Shown: positions 1-13,095 of the stretch, piece after piece
Numbering within the stretch: position 1 is the stretch's first letter
Layout of the letters: every line of letters begins with the position of its first letter
Source: Cenococcum geophilum
Taxonomy: Eukaryota
DNA: 64,000 nt
Direction of reading: 5' to 3'
NCBI GenBank assembly: GCA_050273025.1
Contig: CP158635.1
Location: 23,126,001 to 23,190,000 of the forward strand
Position numbers and translations under genes: made by a program
Notes under the pieces: model-generated
The model's database searches: none
What the model was told of the DNA's origin: nothing
The model's input: only the letters and a program-made list of their open reading frames with translations

Positions 1-1177
1 ATAGTTTTTAACTTAGCTTTGGTTATTGCGTGCTCTACACCTTATATAACTATAGAACTCTATCCTAGCCTCTCTTAGCCTGTTCCCTTTAGTAGATCTA
101 ATTATTAATCTTAATTACTTAATCTATTAGTTCCCTTAGGGTATCCACATCTTCTATTAGGATAATTACGTCCTAGACTTTAGCCTTAAGTCCTTATTTA
201 TACTGTGCTATAAGCGCCCTATTATTTTACTTTACTTACGTTGCTAACATCTAGAACTGCGTTGTGTATTTAATTGCTAAGGTTTATTACGTAATATCTT
301 GGAGTTTTCTTTCCGCTATAGTTACTACCTCTAGGTCTCCAAATATTTATATAAGTCGCTCTACAAATCTATTTTAGCTTAAGAATATAAACCATACCTC
401 TTGGTTTGTAGTTATTATTCTATTTACCTAGATTTCTATAAGGTAAGGCTTAAACCATTTAAGTACTCTTTCTGTTAGGAACAATCCTATATACGCTATT
501 TAATCTATAGGTATTACTAGCTTTACTCCCTCTTACGCAATCTTAAAGTATATTTGCGTAAGGAATCCTTTAAGCTTTAATTTTTCTCCTAAAAATCTTT
601 TAATTAATAGTAACTTAACCTTTATTGCGCCTATCCCGTTAATCCTATTTTCTAACATTATATTATTTTCTATTAGCTGGTTAACTATCTCTTATAGTTG
701 TCCGACCGTTATAGGTTGCTATAAATTAGTATCTGCTATACTAGTGTTGTTACCTAACCTTAAAGTAGTTACCGCCGTTAATAGCGTTATAGTGGCTGCT
801 TTTAGTGGCATATTGTTTAACTTTCTGTGTTTAATACCGTAACTAGGTAGTAATTATATAACGGAACCTTATAGCAGGAACTATAATAGGCTTATTAATA
901 GGCTAGGTGTATAGGAAATGCAAACTAAAGTTAACAACGTAATAATAACTAGTAAAGTAGTTGCCTAATAAATTAACTCTAATTGTATTCTAAGAATTAC
1001 TATAAGAAAGGAACTATCTAGGTAGGGACTAAGGGTCCTTAAATACACAACCGTACTCCTATAAAATCCTTCTTATACGTAATATACGTGCGCTTTATCT
1101 ACTCTATAACGGATTACGTAGATCGTATAGATTATATAAATTATATTATATAACCTTAGTTACCATTCCTCGTCATA
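1..1177 (-). mobile_element. RIP-degraded Ty3/Gypsy element, 5' part: gag relic plus probable 5' LTR (~857-1177); continues left of the window
   Basis: Minus strand near 540-620 reads, after reversing RIP, roughly VKLP..ERFSGE.SKLKGFLTQ, typical of Gypsy gag. Putative LTR ends tataacgg...cgtcata are RIPed TG...CA. Confidence 0.6.
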
Positions 1178-1280
1178 TAGTTCTATTGGCTCCATCCTAG
1201 ACCATGCCTGTATTAACCAACTAGCTTCTTCCAACTCCTCTCTAAATAGTCGTAACATTGTACTTAAAGCGTCCGTAACA
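1178..1280. mobile_element. Terminal fragment of another LTR inserted into gag of the Gypsy copy that follows
   Basis: Ends in ccgtaaca at 1280, exactly where homology to the gag of the 13096-18997 element resumes (1281 corresponds to ~14103). Confidence 0.5.
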
Positions 1281-4200
1281 TTTTTAGCCTTTTAGACCCG
1301 CTTCTTATACCTAGCTAGACAAGCCTAGATTCCTTAAAAAGATTTACTACTAGACCTCTTTAACAAGCTTACCCTAGACCTATAGCGGGCCGTATTACTA
1401 GCTTTTACTACTATATAGACATTAAAAGAACTTATAGACTACTGCCTAGCTATTAACTAAGGCCTTTATTAAATTAAGGTATAAGCTAACCGGATAAAGG
1501 CTAGGAATCCTTTAAATTAAGCTATAAGTAATATAAGAACGGCCCGTAATACCCTAGTATAACCTATAACGCCTACTACACCGGCTACTAACCTAGTAAC
1601 TAGCCGTGTAGCTAGCCCTACCGCGGGCTAAGCGCTTACTTAGCCTACTTACAGCGACCCCTATATATAGGCCCTTAGTAATTAAGGGGCTTGCTTTTTT
1701 ATACGGTTAAAAAGGCTACCCTATAAGGAACTACCTAATAAAGGTAAAAGTAGACAAGGTTTTATTAATCTAGGAGGATAATATAAAGTTAGAAAAAAAG
1801 GAACCTTAGAGAATAACTCCTCTCTAGGGTTAAAAGGGATTAATATATTACATGTTAATCTAGGTCGGCTAGTTAGTAGAAGAAGCTATACTATCCCTTA
1901 TACTTTATTCCGCAATAAATATTAAGTTTTAATCTCTACCTTAGCTAACTCTAAAGCAAATACCTTTACCTTAATTAATACTTAGTGTGCCGTAAAGCTA
2001 GCTAACTTTCTTAATGTATTTATAGAAGACCTGCCTAAACTAATTTCTATTTATAGGTATAACGGACAGGTAGGACAACCTATTATAAGTATTTTGCGAA
2101 TATACCTCCATGTTAATAAGTGAAGGTAGTATAACGTCCCCTTCCTAATTATAGACCTTAGAAGCTATAATATAATCTTAAGAAGGAAATAGCTAGCCTA
2201 TTTAGGCTTATAGCTTAACGTATAAAGTAAACGGCTTATCTAGCCCAAAACCCTACCCTTAACCCCTTCTTTTATAAAAAAAATTAGTATTATAATAGAA
2301 AACCTTATATAACCCTAGATTGATACTATCTACTAGGCCGATACTATACGTAGAGATTAGGCCTTTAAGAAGGATATATAGCTTAACCTATAACGGATCC
2401 GTATACTACGCCGCCTCTAGACTACCTATATTATACCACTCGCACCACAGACTTAGGAAGTTAGTAGTAACCTACCTAAGTACCTAGTAGAGAACCTAGA
2501 CCCTATATAGCTATAATAGAAGGCTAGGAATATTAGACGATATACTAAACTAATAAACTAGAAAGACAACTTATAGAAAATAAAATGCGAGCTAAGGAAG
2601 ATTATAAACCCTATACCGTAAAATACAGCCTAATAAATATCCGTAAAGAAACCTATAGACTTCCTACTAGTTAATATCTGCTATATTAGCGCTATAGGAT
2701 TCTACTAGAACTTAGTTTAGCCGGATACTATTACCTTTATAATTAGCTTATATAAAATTAATTAAATAATTAAAGAAAAGGAGACCCTAGCCTAAGAGAA
2801 AGACAAGTTTATAGATAAGGAGCTAGTAGAACGGAAACTACCTTATTAATACCGAGAGTTTAAGGATATATTCTCTAAGGCAGTATCTAATATACTCCCA
2901 CTCTATTGACCGTATAACTATAAGATTAAGATTAAACTAGATAAGAAAAATGTCCTTAGCTATACCCCCCTTTATAAATAATCTATTGCCGAATTATAGG
3001 CTACTAAGTAGTATATTATAGACAACCTAGTAAAGGGGTTTATTAAGCCTAGTTAGGCCCTATTTACCTCCCCTATTTTCTTTATAAAAAAGCTAAATTA
3101 AGGACTTTATTTCTATATTAACTACTATAAGCTTAATAATATAACCCGTAAAGACCGTTATCTACTACCCTTACTAGATAAGACGCTAGCCCAAATAAAT
3201 AGAGCTAAGGTATTTATAAAGCTTAATATCCACTAGGCCTTCTACTAAATTAGGATAAACCCTAGATTTATAGACCTTACTATATTTCGGACTTAATACG
3301 GATTATATAAATATAAAGTACTCCCCTTTAGACTAACTAACGGACCTACTATATACCAACGATATATAAATAATATACTCTTTAACTACCTTAATAACTT
3401 CTATACAGCCTACCTAGATAATATTATAATTTACTCTAAAAATAAGTTAGAATATAAGGAGCACGTCTATAAGGTTCTATAACAGCTCTATAAGGCTAGC
3501 CTCTAAGCTAATATTAAGAAGTTAAAGTTTAGTGTAAAGTAAATAAAGTACCTAGGGTTTATTATTAGTATAGACGGAATTAAGGCAGACCTAGAAAAGA
3601 CGGCCGTAATTAATTAATAGGAACTACTATAGACCGTAAAAGGGATATAGTTATTCCTAGGCTTTTATAACTTTTACTAACACTTTATTAAAAACTATAG
3701 CAAGATTACTTAGCCCCTTAGCCGCCTTATAATAAAGGACTAGCCCTTTTACTTTAACACTATATATAAGTAGGCTTTTAATAAACTTAAGAAACGGCTG
3801 GTCTCCGCTCCTTTACTCACCCACTTTAACTTAAAACGGCCCTTAATGCTAGAAATAAATGCCTTAGATAGTATTATTGCTGGCGTTTATTCCTAAAAGT
3901 AGATAGATAAGAAATAGCACCCTATTACTTACTACTTAAAGATTATAGTAGATGCTAAGCTAAACTACCTAATTTATAATAAAGAAATGTTAGCTATTAT
4001 CTATAGCTTTTAGCACTGGCAAGTATAGCTAAAAGGGACCCCCAAACCTATTTAAGTGGTTTTAGATTTGTTAGTCACACAGGGTAACTCACCAATAACG
4101 ACTACTTAAGTAGGGTTACAGTGATGTTAGTTAATAAAGCTTATTAATTAGAATGAGGAAGGGCGAGGAGCTTAGGGCTCCTCGCCACGCTAGTGCCGCG

Positions 4201-7200
4201 GCGTCACGTGACAACCGCTTGCCTTATTCCCAACACTAACAACTCTTCTTTTATAGTTGCCATCTATATATAAATACTGCTTGACTAGCGTAACACATAT
4301 AAATCCTCCTTACTTACTATTGCTATTGCAATATAAGTCTCGCTGTCCTAAAATTTGCCTCCTAACACGTAGTGCTCTTTTGCTAAGGGGTCGTAGGTAG
4401 ACATCGTGTTAGGGCCGCCAAGGCGCGAGTTATAAGCGAGCCAATAGCGATTTTCTATCCCGGGGATGGAAAATCCTAATTAGTTGTTTTAAAGTTAGGG
4501 TCTATAGAATATCGTAGGTAGTATACCCTAGTACCGTTATCTACCTTACTAAGTTCTATAAGAAGCTTTTAGCAATTCTTCTTTTATAGATATAGTGCTG
4601 TAGGAAGGTAGTAAGGTATTAGTTTAGCTGTAGGTGGAAGTAGTAAAAGTCTATTTAGGTAGTAGTACAGTACCAGCGGCGGTAGTAATAGTAGTTAAGT
4701 ATAGAGCTTGTCTATTAGTCGGTTGGTTAATTATAGGCGTATAGGTATAATTATTTAGTCGGTAGATCGCAGGCGTATTAGCGCGATTAGTATTATAATA
4801 GTAGGTATAGCGGCGCTATTGGTTTGTTAATAGTATATAGTAGTACGGTGCTAGTATAGGGTTAGTTCCGTAGGCAGATCGGCACGGAATCTTATTATAG
4901 GGTTGGTTTATAGGCATATTAGTTGCAATAGTTATTAGGTTCGTAGCTATCGTAGATACTAATAGTTCTTTCTTTTATGGATTGCCTACGTGACTATACC
5001 GTTCCAACCGCTCCCCCCCCCTATATCACTCTCTCTTTACGGTACCCTCTATAAGAACTTCCTGTCTAGATCACGCTGGTAGCCACTTCTATAGCTACCT
5101 TAGGAACTATAGGAGTCTTGGAATTCTCCTCTACACTAAATCTTCTAAAGCTTATTAAATGTTTATAGAGAAGTAGAGGCTTATTGCAGAGATTACTATA
5201 GAGATTGCTGCGGAGATTGCTAGTAGGACGGAGCTTAAGGCACAGGTTGAGATACGGCAGCTTAAGGAACTTAAGGTGTTTAATAGCCTAAGGTTATCTG
5301 TGGTGGTTACTATAGAGGTTACTACGGAGGTTGCTTTAGAGGTTGCTTTAGAGGTTCTTATAAAGCTTAAGGTACGGGTTAAATAGGATATAGAGGAGTT
5401 AAAGGCGGAGGTAGGTTCGTCTCTAGAGGTATATTACTTAGGTTTTATCATAAGTTAAGCTTCCTTATAGTGCGTAGTTGGTGCTTAATCTCTTATAGAG
5501 TCCATTCGTGTTCTTCTTTTACATTAATAACCTGCTCCTAAATATTGTCTCTAATAGTACCCCCGCCCTTAGGGACAAATACTCTATTCTTCTAAAGGAA
5601 GTTACGGAAGTCCTATACGATATCCTTATTTACAGGGGCCTATATTTCCTTTATCTATCTAATAAAGTCCTCCTTTATACATTCCCATAGCGCGGTATTA
5701 TTATATTTACTATCCTTATAATATGCTATACAGTGTAATAAAAATCCATTTAAGTCTTGTTTATTAGTGTTTGTAAGGTTAATTATAGCTTTATTCTATA
5801 TCTTTAGGTTAATATCTTCCTTATACTTCTTTAGGTAGGTTAACGCTATAATAGGTATAGAATTAATAGGGTGTTATACGTCGAAGGTAGGTAGGATTTT
5901 CGGTTTTGTAGGATCTTATAGGTTTGCTATTAAGAGGTAGGCAATTTAAGATATTATTTAACGCGTTTTAGACATTAACTTAGGACCCTAGGTTTAGTAA
6001 TACTTCTAACCTAAAGTACTTAACTAAATCTTCGTAAACGTGGTTATTCTATATAATAGACGCAACTTAGTATCTCCTAGTACTTAGTGATACTTCTATT
6101 ACTAGTTTTCCGTAAGTTTAAGGTAGCACAGTATCGCCAGGATCCATTCCATATAAGCGCATATAGCACCCCTATATAAGACTGTCTCTTCTATTTAAAA
6201 ACCTAGCTGCTCTGTAGTTGACTGTATATTTAACTACTAATTAGTGTTAGTTACATAGGGTAACTCACTAATAACAACTACTCAAGTAGGGTTATAGTGA
6301 TGTTGGTTAATAAAGCTTATTAATTAAAATGAGGAAGGGCGAGGAGCTTAGGGCTCCTTACTACGCTAGTGCCGCGGCGTCACATAACAACCGCTTGCCT
6401 TATTCCCGACAAGATTATAAGGCCTTAAAATATTTTATAATAATAAAAGCCCTTACGGCCCGGTAGGCGCGCTAGGCGGATATTCTATCTTAGTTTAACT
6501 TCCTAATTATATATAGGCTAGGCGCTACTAACCGTGCGGACGCTCTTATAAGGCGCGAATAGGACCTAGATAACTAGATAGCTGTAAAGGTCTTATTATA
6601 GACCTAGACGCTACTATAACTAAAGTACCTTAACCCTTAAATACAGGAAGAACTAAGTACTAAATCTTTAAGCGCCGAGATATATCCTATTAACCCTACG
6701 GAATTTAACCTTATTAATAAACTACTATAAGTAAACTATACGGACCCTTCTCTACAGGAGTACTATAAAAAGGTAAAGAATATTACTAGCCTATAGTCCC
6801 TTAAAAACGGACTACTTAAGCACTGGGAACGGCTAGTAGTAGTAAAAGAAAAGAACTTATAAACCTAGCTTATTACTAAAGCATATACCTAGGTCTCTAC
6901 AGCCTACCCAAAAAAAAACCTATAAGATTATTAGTAACCGTTATTACTAGCCTAGAATAGTTATAGATATTAACTATTATATAAGGAACTACAACAACTG
7001 CTATAGGTTTACGATTTTACGAGATAAGACCCTAGGACTATTAAAGCCACTCCTAATACTAGAGCGCCCCTAGCAGTATATCTCTATAGACTTTTATAAA
7101 CTACTAGTAGACCATAATAAGTATAATATGGTTATAATCTTAGTAAACTATTTTAGCAAACGCCCTTTCTTAATCCCTTATTACAAGAATATTGATACTA

Positions 7201-8516
7201 AAAAGGCGGCCTAACTATATATCTACTATATCTACTAAATTTACGGACTACTAGATACTATTATATTAGACCGCGGACTATAGTTTATATCGGCTTTCTA
7301 GAACAAGTTTACCTAGATCCTAGAAATTAGGCTAAAGCTTTCTATAGCATACCACCCCTAAATAAATAGTTAAACAGAGATTATAAATTAATACTTAGAC
7401 TAGAGACTTTAGCCCTTTATTAACTACTTCTAAAATAACTAGGGTAAACTACTACCTCTAATAGACTACGCCCAGGCGACCCTACCCTATAACTTTACGG
7501 GATTTATACCTATCTAATTAAAAATAGGGTATCTACCCTAAATAAGCTTTAGCTAGAATAGGCTAGAAGGACTATAAACCGTACGCGAGAAACTGTCTTA
7601 TAAGGAAGCCTAGCAGTACGCCAAGCACTCAAAAGAAGCTTAGACGGCAGCCTATATAAACCTAAAAAAGGTCTAGAAATCTATATAATAGCAGGCAAAT
7701 AAGTATAGGCGAGAGCCTAACTTTACTATAAGTAATATGGTTTGGGTTATAATAAAGAACTAGAAGACGGAACGGCCTAGCCATAAGCTAGACTATTAGA
7801 TAGTAGGGCTATATACGGTCCTTAAGAAAATAGGCAACTTATATAAAGTAAAGCTCCTAGATTTAATTAAGGTTTACCCTATTTTCTTACTAAATAAGCT
7901 ATAAAAGGCCACGAATAACCTATTACCTAGATAAAAGAACAAACCTCCCCTACCGATTTAAGTTAGTGGCGATAATAAATGGGAAATTAAAGAAATATTA
8001 GCCTATAAATTAGTACAGAAAACGTTAAAGTACTATATTAGTTAGAAAGGCTATAACCTAGATCCTACTTAGTACCCTATATAGAACTTTATTAGCAGTC
8101 CCTATAAGCTTTAAAAATTCTATAGCCGTTACCCTAGTAAACTAGGACCCCTAAAGTACCTAAATAAGTAGATAAAGTGCTAGTATAGTAAAGATAATAG
8201 GCTACCAGAAGAACATAAAGATAAAAACGCCCTATAGGTATAATATGGATATATAAAGCCTAAGGGCAGGCTTTTATAGAGGGGGGGGTAATATTACGGC
8301 ACTAGCAGAAAACGGCAGAACTTAGTGGCAGAACTTGGCAGAACTTTACGGTTACGTAACTAGAGGACTATATAAAAGAACCCTACTTTAACCGGCGCTG
8401 CTCTTCTTCTCCTTTCCTTTCTCTAGCTTTAGATTCTTGTTTATAGACAATCTAATTATACAGGCTTGCGCGACCCCCTTGCCGTACTTACATCTCAATT
8501 AACTAAGTCGCTAATA
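1281..8516 (+). mobile_element. Ty3/Gypsy chromovirus, copy 1 (5' part displaced; RIP-inactivated); 3' LTR at 8292-8516
   Basis: Colinear with ~14103-18997, differing mostly by transitions. Relics of gag CCHC, protease, RT (YLDDI), RNase H, integrase and chromodomain. G-rich PPT before a 225-bp LTR. Confidence 0.93.
4069..6411 (-). mobile_element. Non-autonomous LTR element (2343 bp, 167-bp LTRs) nested in RNase H of Gypsy copy 1; carries a probable Copia-type gag N-terminal relic
   Basis: LTRs 4069-4235 and 6245-6411 (TG...CA); TSD AGATT at 4064-4068 and 6412-6416. Minus strand ~5500-5750 reads LWECIKEDF..W.KE....DFRNFL..NGVFV. No pol motifs seen. Confidence 0.88.
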
Positions 8517-8880
8517 GCTATAACTATTAGATTAAACACGTCCTTCTACCTTATTATAATCCTTATCTAGCACTAAAATTAGTAGTTATTATAGATAACG
8601 CGAGCTTCTATTACTTAGTTTATATTTATACTTTCTTTAAGCAAGCTAGTGTTAAGCTTATATACTTACTAGCGTACTTACCTAATTTAAATCCAATTAA
8701 GGAGTTCTTTAGTAAGCTAAAGGAGTTTATTTAGCGACACTTTATTTTATAAAAGGAGGCGCTAGATTAGTAGGGTAATAGCTTTAATAGCTTTCTAAGT
8801 TAGTATATAGAGATTATAGGAAGTAAAAGTAAGAATATAAGAGCTTATTTCCTCTATAGCGGGCATATTAGGGGGGAGGT
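8517..8880 (+). mobile_element. Tc1/mariner (DD34E-type) transposase relic, host of Gypsy copy 1
   Basis: De-RIPed reading CNPYPAPKSVVIMDNASFH...VKLIYLPAYSPDLNPIEEFFSKLK. Confidence 0.8.
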
Positions 8881-11256
8881 ATAAGATTCTATAATATAAT
8901 AGGGTGTTATTACTATATAAAGGAAAGCGTAGCTATAATTCTAAACCTATAAGATTTAATTTATATAAGAATTACTGCTAAAGCGTATATTATAATAGGT
9001 GCCTATAAGCAGGCGCACACTTAAGTTAAAAATCTACTGCTGGTCGAGCCTAAGGCTCTCTAAATCTCCACTAAGTACGCCTCTTAAGCTCCTCCATTCC
9101 TTAATATCTGCTTATAATCTTTTAGTAATTACCTCTAGAACACCTTCCTTAATTATTACTTTATTTAGCGTCTTTTCTTACTTATTTAACTTCTGCTCTC
9201 TAATTGTCTTTAAGTCCCACTATTTAGTAAAGGCAACTTAATATATAGCTTTAATATCTTACTGCTAGGCCTCTAAGTCCTCTACCGCCTTCTTATATTA
9301 CTTAAAATACTCTCTTAAATCTACGAGCTAATTAACGCCTTAAGTACGTAGTAGAGGGGCAATTAGTAATAACTTTAAGTCTAAAAGCGAAGCTGCTAGA
9401 GGTATAGATAGGCGCCTATAGCGATTACCAATTAGGTTAATATAGAATTAATTTATAATGCCCAAAGTACTTAATATAGAGGCCTTAGAGGTAAGCTACT
9501 CTTTTTTCTTATTACCCGTCTTCCTTTTAAAAAGCTTTTAGGCTAAGCTAATTAGAGGATTATTCTTAGTAGTATAGCCTTTATTAATCGCTCTACCCCA
9601 TTCTTTTATATCTTCCTATATTAGCTTATAGTTAACTTACTAATATACCTAGCACTAGTTACTACCGCAGTTTTTATAATACTACTACCGTTAAAATACT
9701 CTTATAAAGCTTATTTTAGGAGCGGTAGAGAAAGTAGTAATATTGCTATCTAAAGGCTATAACGTAATTAGTAAAGAGCTCTGTAAAGGTTCTAAAACTA
9801 ATTATAAAGCTAATTATAACACTATAGAGGAACGGGCAGAAATACGGGCAACTTATTACTTAATTATCTTAATATATTCTAGAGCTAGTTTAACTTTAAG
9901 CCGCTTAATTAAGCCGTTACCCTAATTATAACACCGTCTTACAATTTTTATAAGTTTACCTTTAAAATCAGCCTAATTAATTATACGGCTTAGGTTAAGC
10001 TAGAAAGTAGATTTAGTAGAGTTTAATTACTTAGTAAGCTTTACTATAGCATTATATAACTTCCTTTAGAAAGTATAGTTAGTAAACTTCTACTATAGAG
10101 CCTTATTAATTCTATAAAGAACCTCGCAATTATATATTACTAAGAGGCTAAGGCAAGCTATAGGAAACGTATAAGCTAATATAGGAATTAAGTAACTTAG
10201 CTTTATAACCTTTGCTAACACTAGTAGGCGATACTTAAAGAAGGAGCCTCCCCCTAAAGGCCTTACTATATATTCCTCTACTTCTCTTTAAAGCCTTAGA
10301 ATTAACTCTTCCTTATCCTCTACTAAAGCCTTAGATATTGGAGCCTCTAGTAATTAAGACCTCTTAATAAGCGGTTAACTTGGCAATATAGAGGGAGCTA
10401 TATTTGCACGCTATATAAGTTACGGGCACTGCGAAGCTCTTGCTATATTCCGCTCCTATAGTAAATAAAAGTATTAAACTTCCTTATTATTATGCTCCTT
10501 AGTAGCCTCCGGATTATTAAGAATCTTATTAAGCTTATTAGTAGTAAATAAGGTAGCTTATTATAATGCAGGTGGGGCGCTATATATTAGCGGTAGAGGG
10601 TAATTAACCTATATGCTAAGTTAACTACTATATACGGGTAGAATATTAACGACTGTACTTATACTTAAGCTCTGCATTATAGGGGGTTAACGGGGTAATA
10701 CTAATAATAGTCGAAATCGCTAAGTAGGTAGGCGGCTAGAGGGACTACCTATAGAGGTAGCAGCAGGGCGTTTAGAGCTTATATTAAGAAGAGGAAGAAA
10801 CTTTATAACACCACGATCCGAAGCAGATATCACGATTTTTAGTAAGGGAGAGAAGTTTAGAATAGCTTTAAATTCGAGCTTCTAGGTCAAAGTGGGCCGT
10901 GGCTCAAGCCCTGGCCATGTACTACACCCCTTCCTGCTAGCTCTACATACTAATTTAGCTGCAGACGTAGCGAAATTAGGTGTGTGTCGCGCGTACACCT
11001 TAGGGGGGGGACACCGGAGGTCGGATACCCTGTATTCCTATATCCGCAATCGATTTCTTAGTCTAAGCTTCTAAGGTAAGAGTTTTCGTTAGCTACCCAA
11101 CGATCCGCATATTAATTTTAGCAGTTAAGATTCTATAAGCTCTAAGCGCTATAATTTAAGCCCTCGTAGCTAAGTTAGAACCCCCTATAAAACGTTTAGC
11201 AGTAGATAGCTATTTAGAATATTAAAAAAAACTTAAAAGCTATAGAATTAAGCTAC
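8881..11256. repeat. RIP-degraded repetitive DNA of unassigned class
   Basis: TpA-rich and CpA/TpG-poor like its neighbours; no diagnostic motif recognised. Confidence 0.5.
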
Positions 11257-12147
11257 TAACGTAGTTGACCAGGAAGCGAGCCACCCTACGTAGCGAGCCA
11301 CACAAGAATATTCCTACCATTTTTTATTTCATAGCAAATTGCACCAATCAAAAGCCTTAGCATATTATAAAATGCCAAATCAATCCTTGCCCTCTCGCGA
11401 AGCCGAGACTACTATATAAAATATTATATAAGATCTTTCTTCTAATGTTAAGCCGTTAATTCGCAAGGCCTTTAGCGCCCATAAAGCAACTTAATCTACC
11501 GTTAGATATTATTTTACTGGCCATCTCCTACGACACAAAACTTACTTAAGTTTATTATATCCTTTACAAAAATAGCAAATTATTAAATAGATCCACAAAT
11601 GTTAATCCTAGGGCCTTCTATTAAAGGTTAATATGCTCTTAAAAATGGCTTATTTCTTTTTAGGAAAAGGCTAAACTATAGGTAAGTATTAGGGGTAGAG
11701 ATTCGTTTAACGCTACAGTCTTAGCACTATATTAAGTTATTAGCTTAACTGTTAAAGAGCTTAGAATAATAATTTAGTAGTTATATGTAATTAGTTTATA
11801 TTCTTCCGTGCCGTTTATAAGCGATATTAAGTTAAGTATTTAAAATTTATTAGCAACTTTAATAAGAAGGGGGTAATACTAGGCCTTATAGTAGTGGCCC
11901 GGGTAATTATATTAGGCAAGATATATAGGGAGAAGTTAAAAATTTTAATAGTTATATAGCTAGGCTCTCGTAAATTAGTGTCTATTATTAAGATAATTTA
12001 CACTAATAGCTCTCTACTGCCTACCTTCTTAATTTAGGAGGCGTAAACCTACTTAGAAGGATAGTATTAAATTAGTAAGTAAAATAAGGGCCTTTGCGGA
12101 TATATATATACTACTTCCCCTAGTAGGTAGACAGATAACTCCTTAGG

Positions 12148-12249
12148 TGTAAGAGTATATATATTAGATCCCGCTGCGCTTACGAATAACTGCGAAAGCA
12201 CTCTATATCTTTTTGGCCGTATAGCGACATAGAGGCGGGACACGTTACA
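12148..12249. mobile_element. Very short solo LTR (102 bp)
   Basis: Ends tgtaa...ttaca; TSD TTAGG at 12143-12147 and 12250-12254. Removing it restores the pogo transposase frame. Confidence 0.8.
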
Positions 12250-13095
12250 TTAGGTCTATATTATATTAAATGTTGTAATAAATATATAAGATGCCTTGTG
12301 AAAAATTCTAACAGTAAAATATAGTAATATCACCTGCTTTTAATAGATAATTATTTAAGCTACCTTACCTAGCAATTTATTAAGTATATACTTGCGTACA
12401 AAATTATCCTAGTAGCCCTACTACCTTATTTAACTTATAAGCTTTAACTACTAAATATAGGTTATTTTAGGCTACTTTCTTACTACTATAGGAAATAAGT
12501 AGACAACTTCTATTAATATAGCCACTTAGGTATTAATAAAAAATATTTTTTAAAGCTTTACCCAAAGGCACGTATATAGGTATTTATCTATAATATAATC
12601 AGCAGCGCTTAAAAAGCTATAGACCTTCTACCTTATAATCCTACCACTATTTTAAAGACTTTTACCCATATAGAGCCTTCTAAAAGCTAGGATATAAAGG
12701 AATTAAATATACCTACTACTTTACGCACTTTAAAGATGTTAAGAACTATAACGGAAATCAAATCTCCATATAATTAAATTAATAAATTAACAACAGCGTG
12801 ACCTAACGGCTTACTTAAGACTCTAACTTATTGGCGTCTTAGAAAGCTATTTAAAGCTTAATAGGCTTTATAACCAACTCCTATATCCAAAGGGAAGAAA
12901 ATAAAAATATTAAAGCCTTTATATTAACAAGAAGTTAAGCTAGCAACTCCTTAATAAGGGCAGAGTTCTTAGTTAGGAAGACGTTAATTAATTAAAATCT
13001 AAAGATCTATAAAAGCAGAAGGCCTCCGTATAAAAGTCAACTTAAAGGAAGTATAAGGAAGGAATGACTCTACTAGAGCTTAATATTGCTATATT

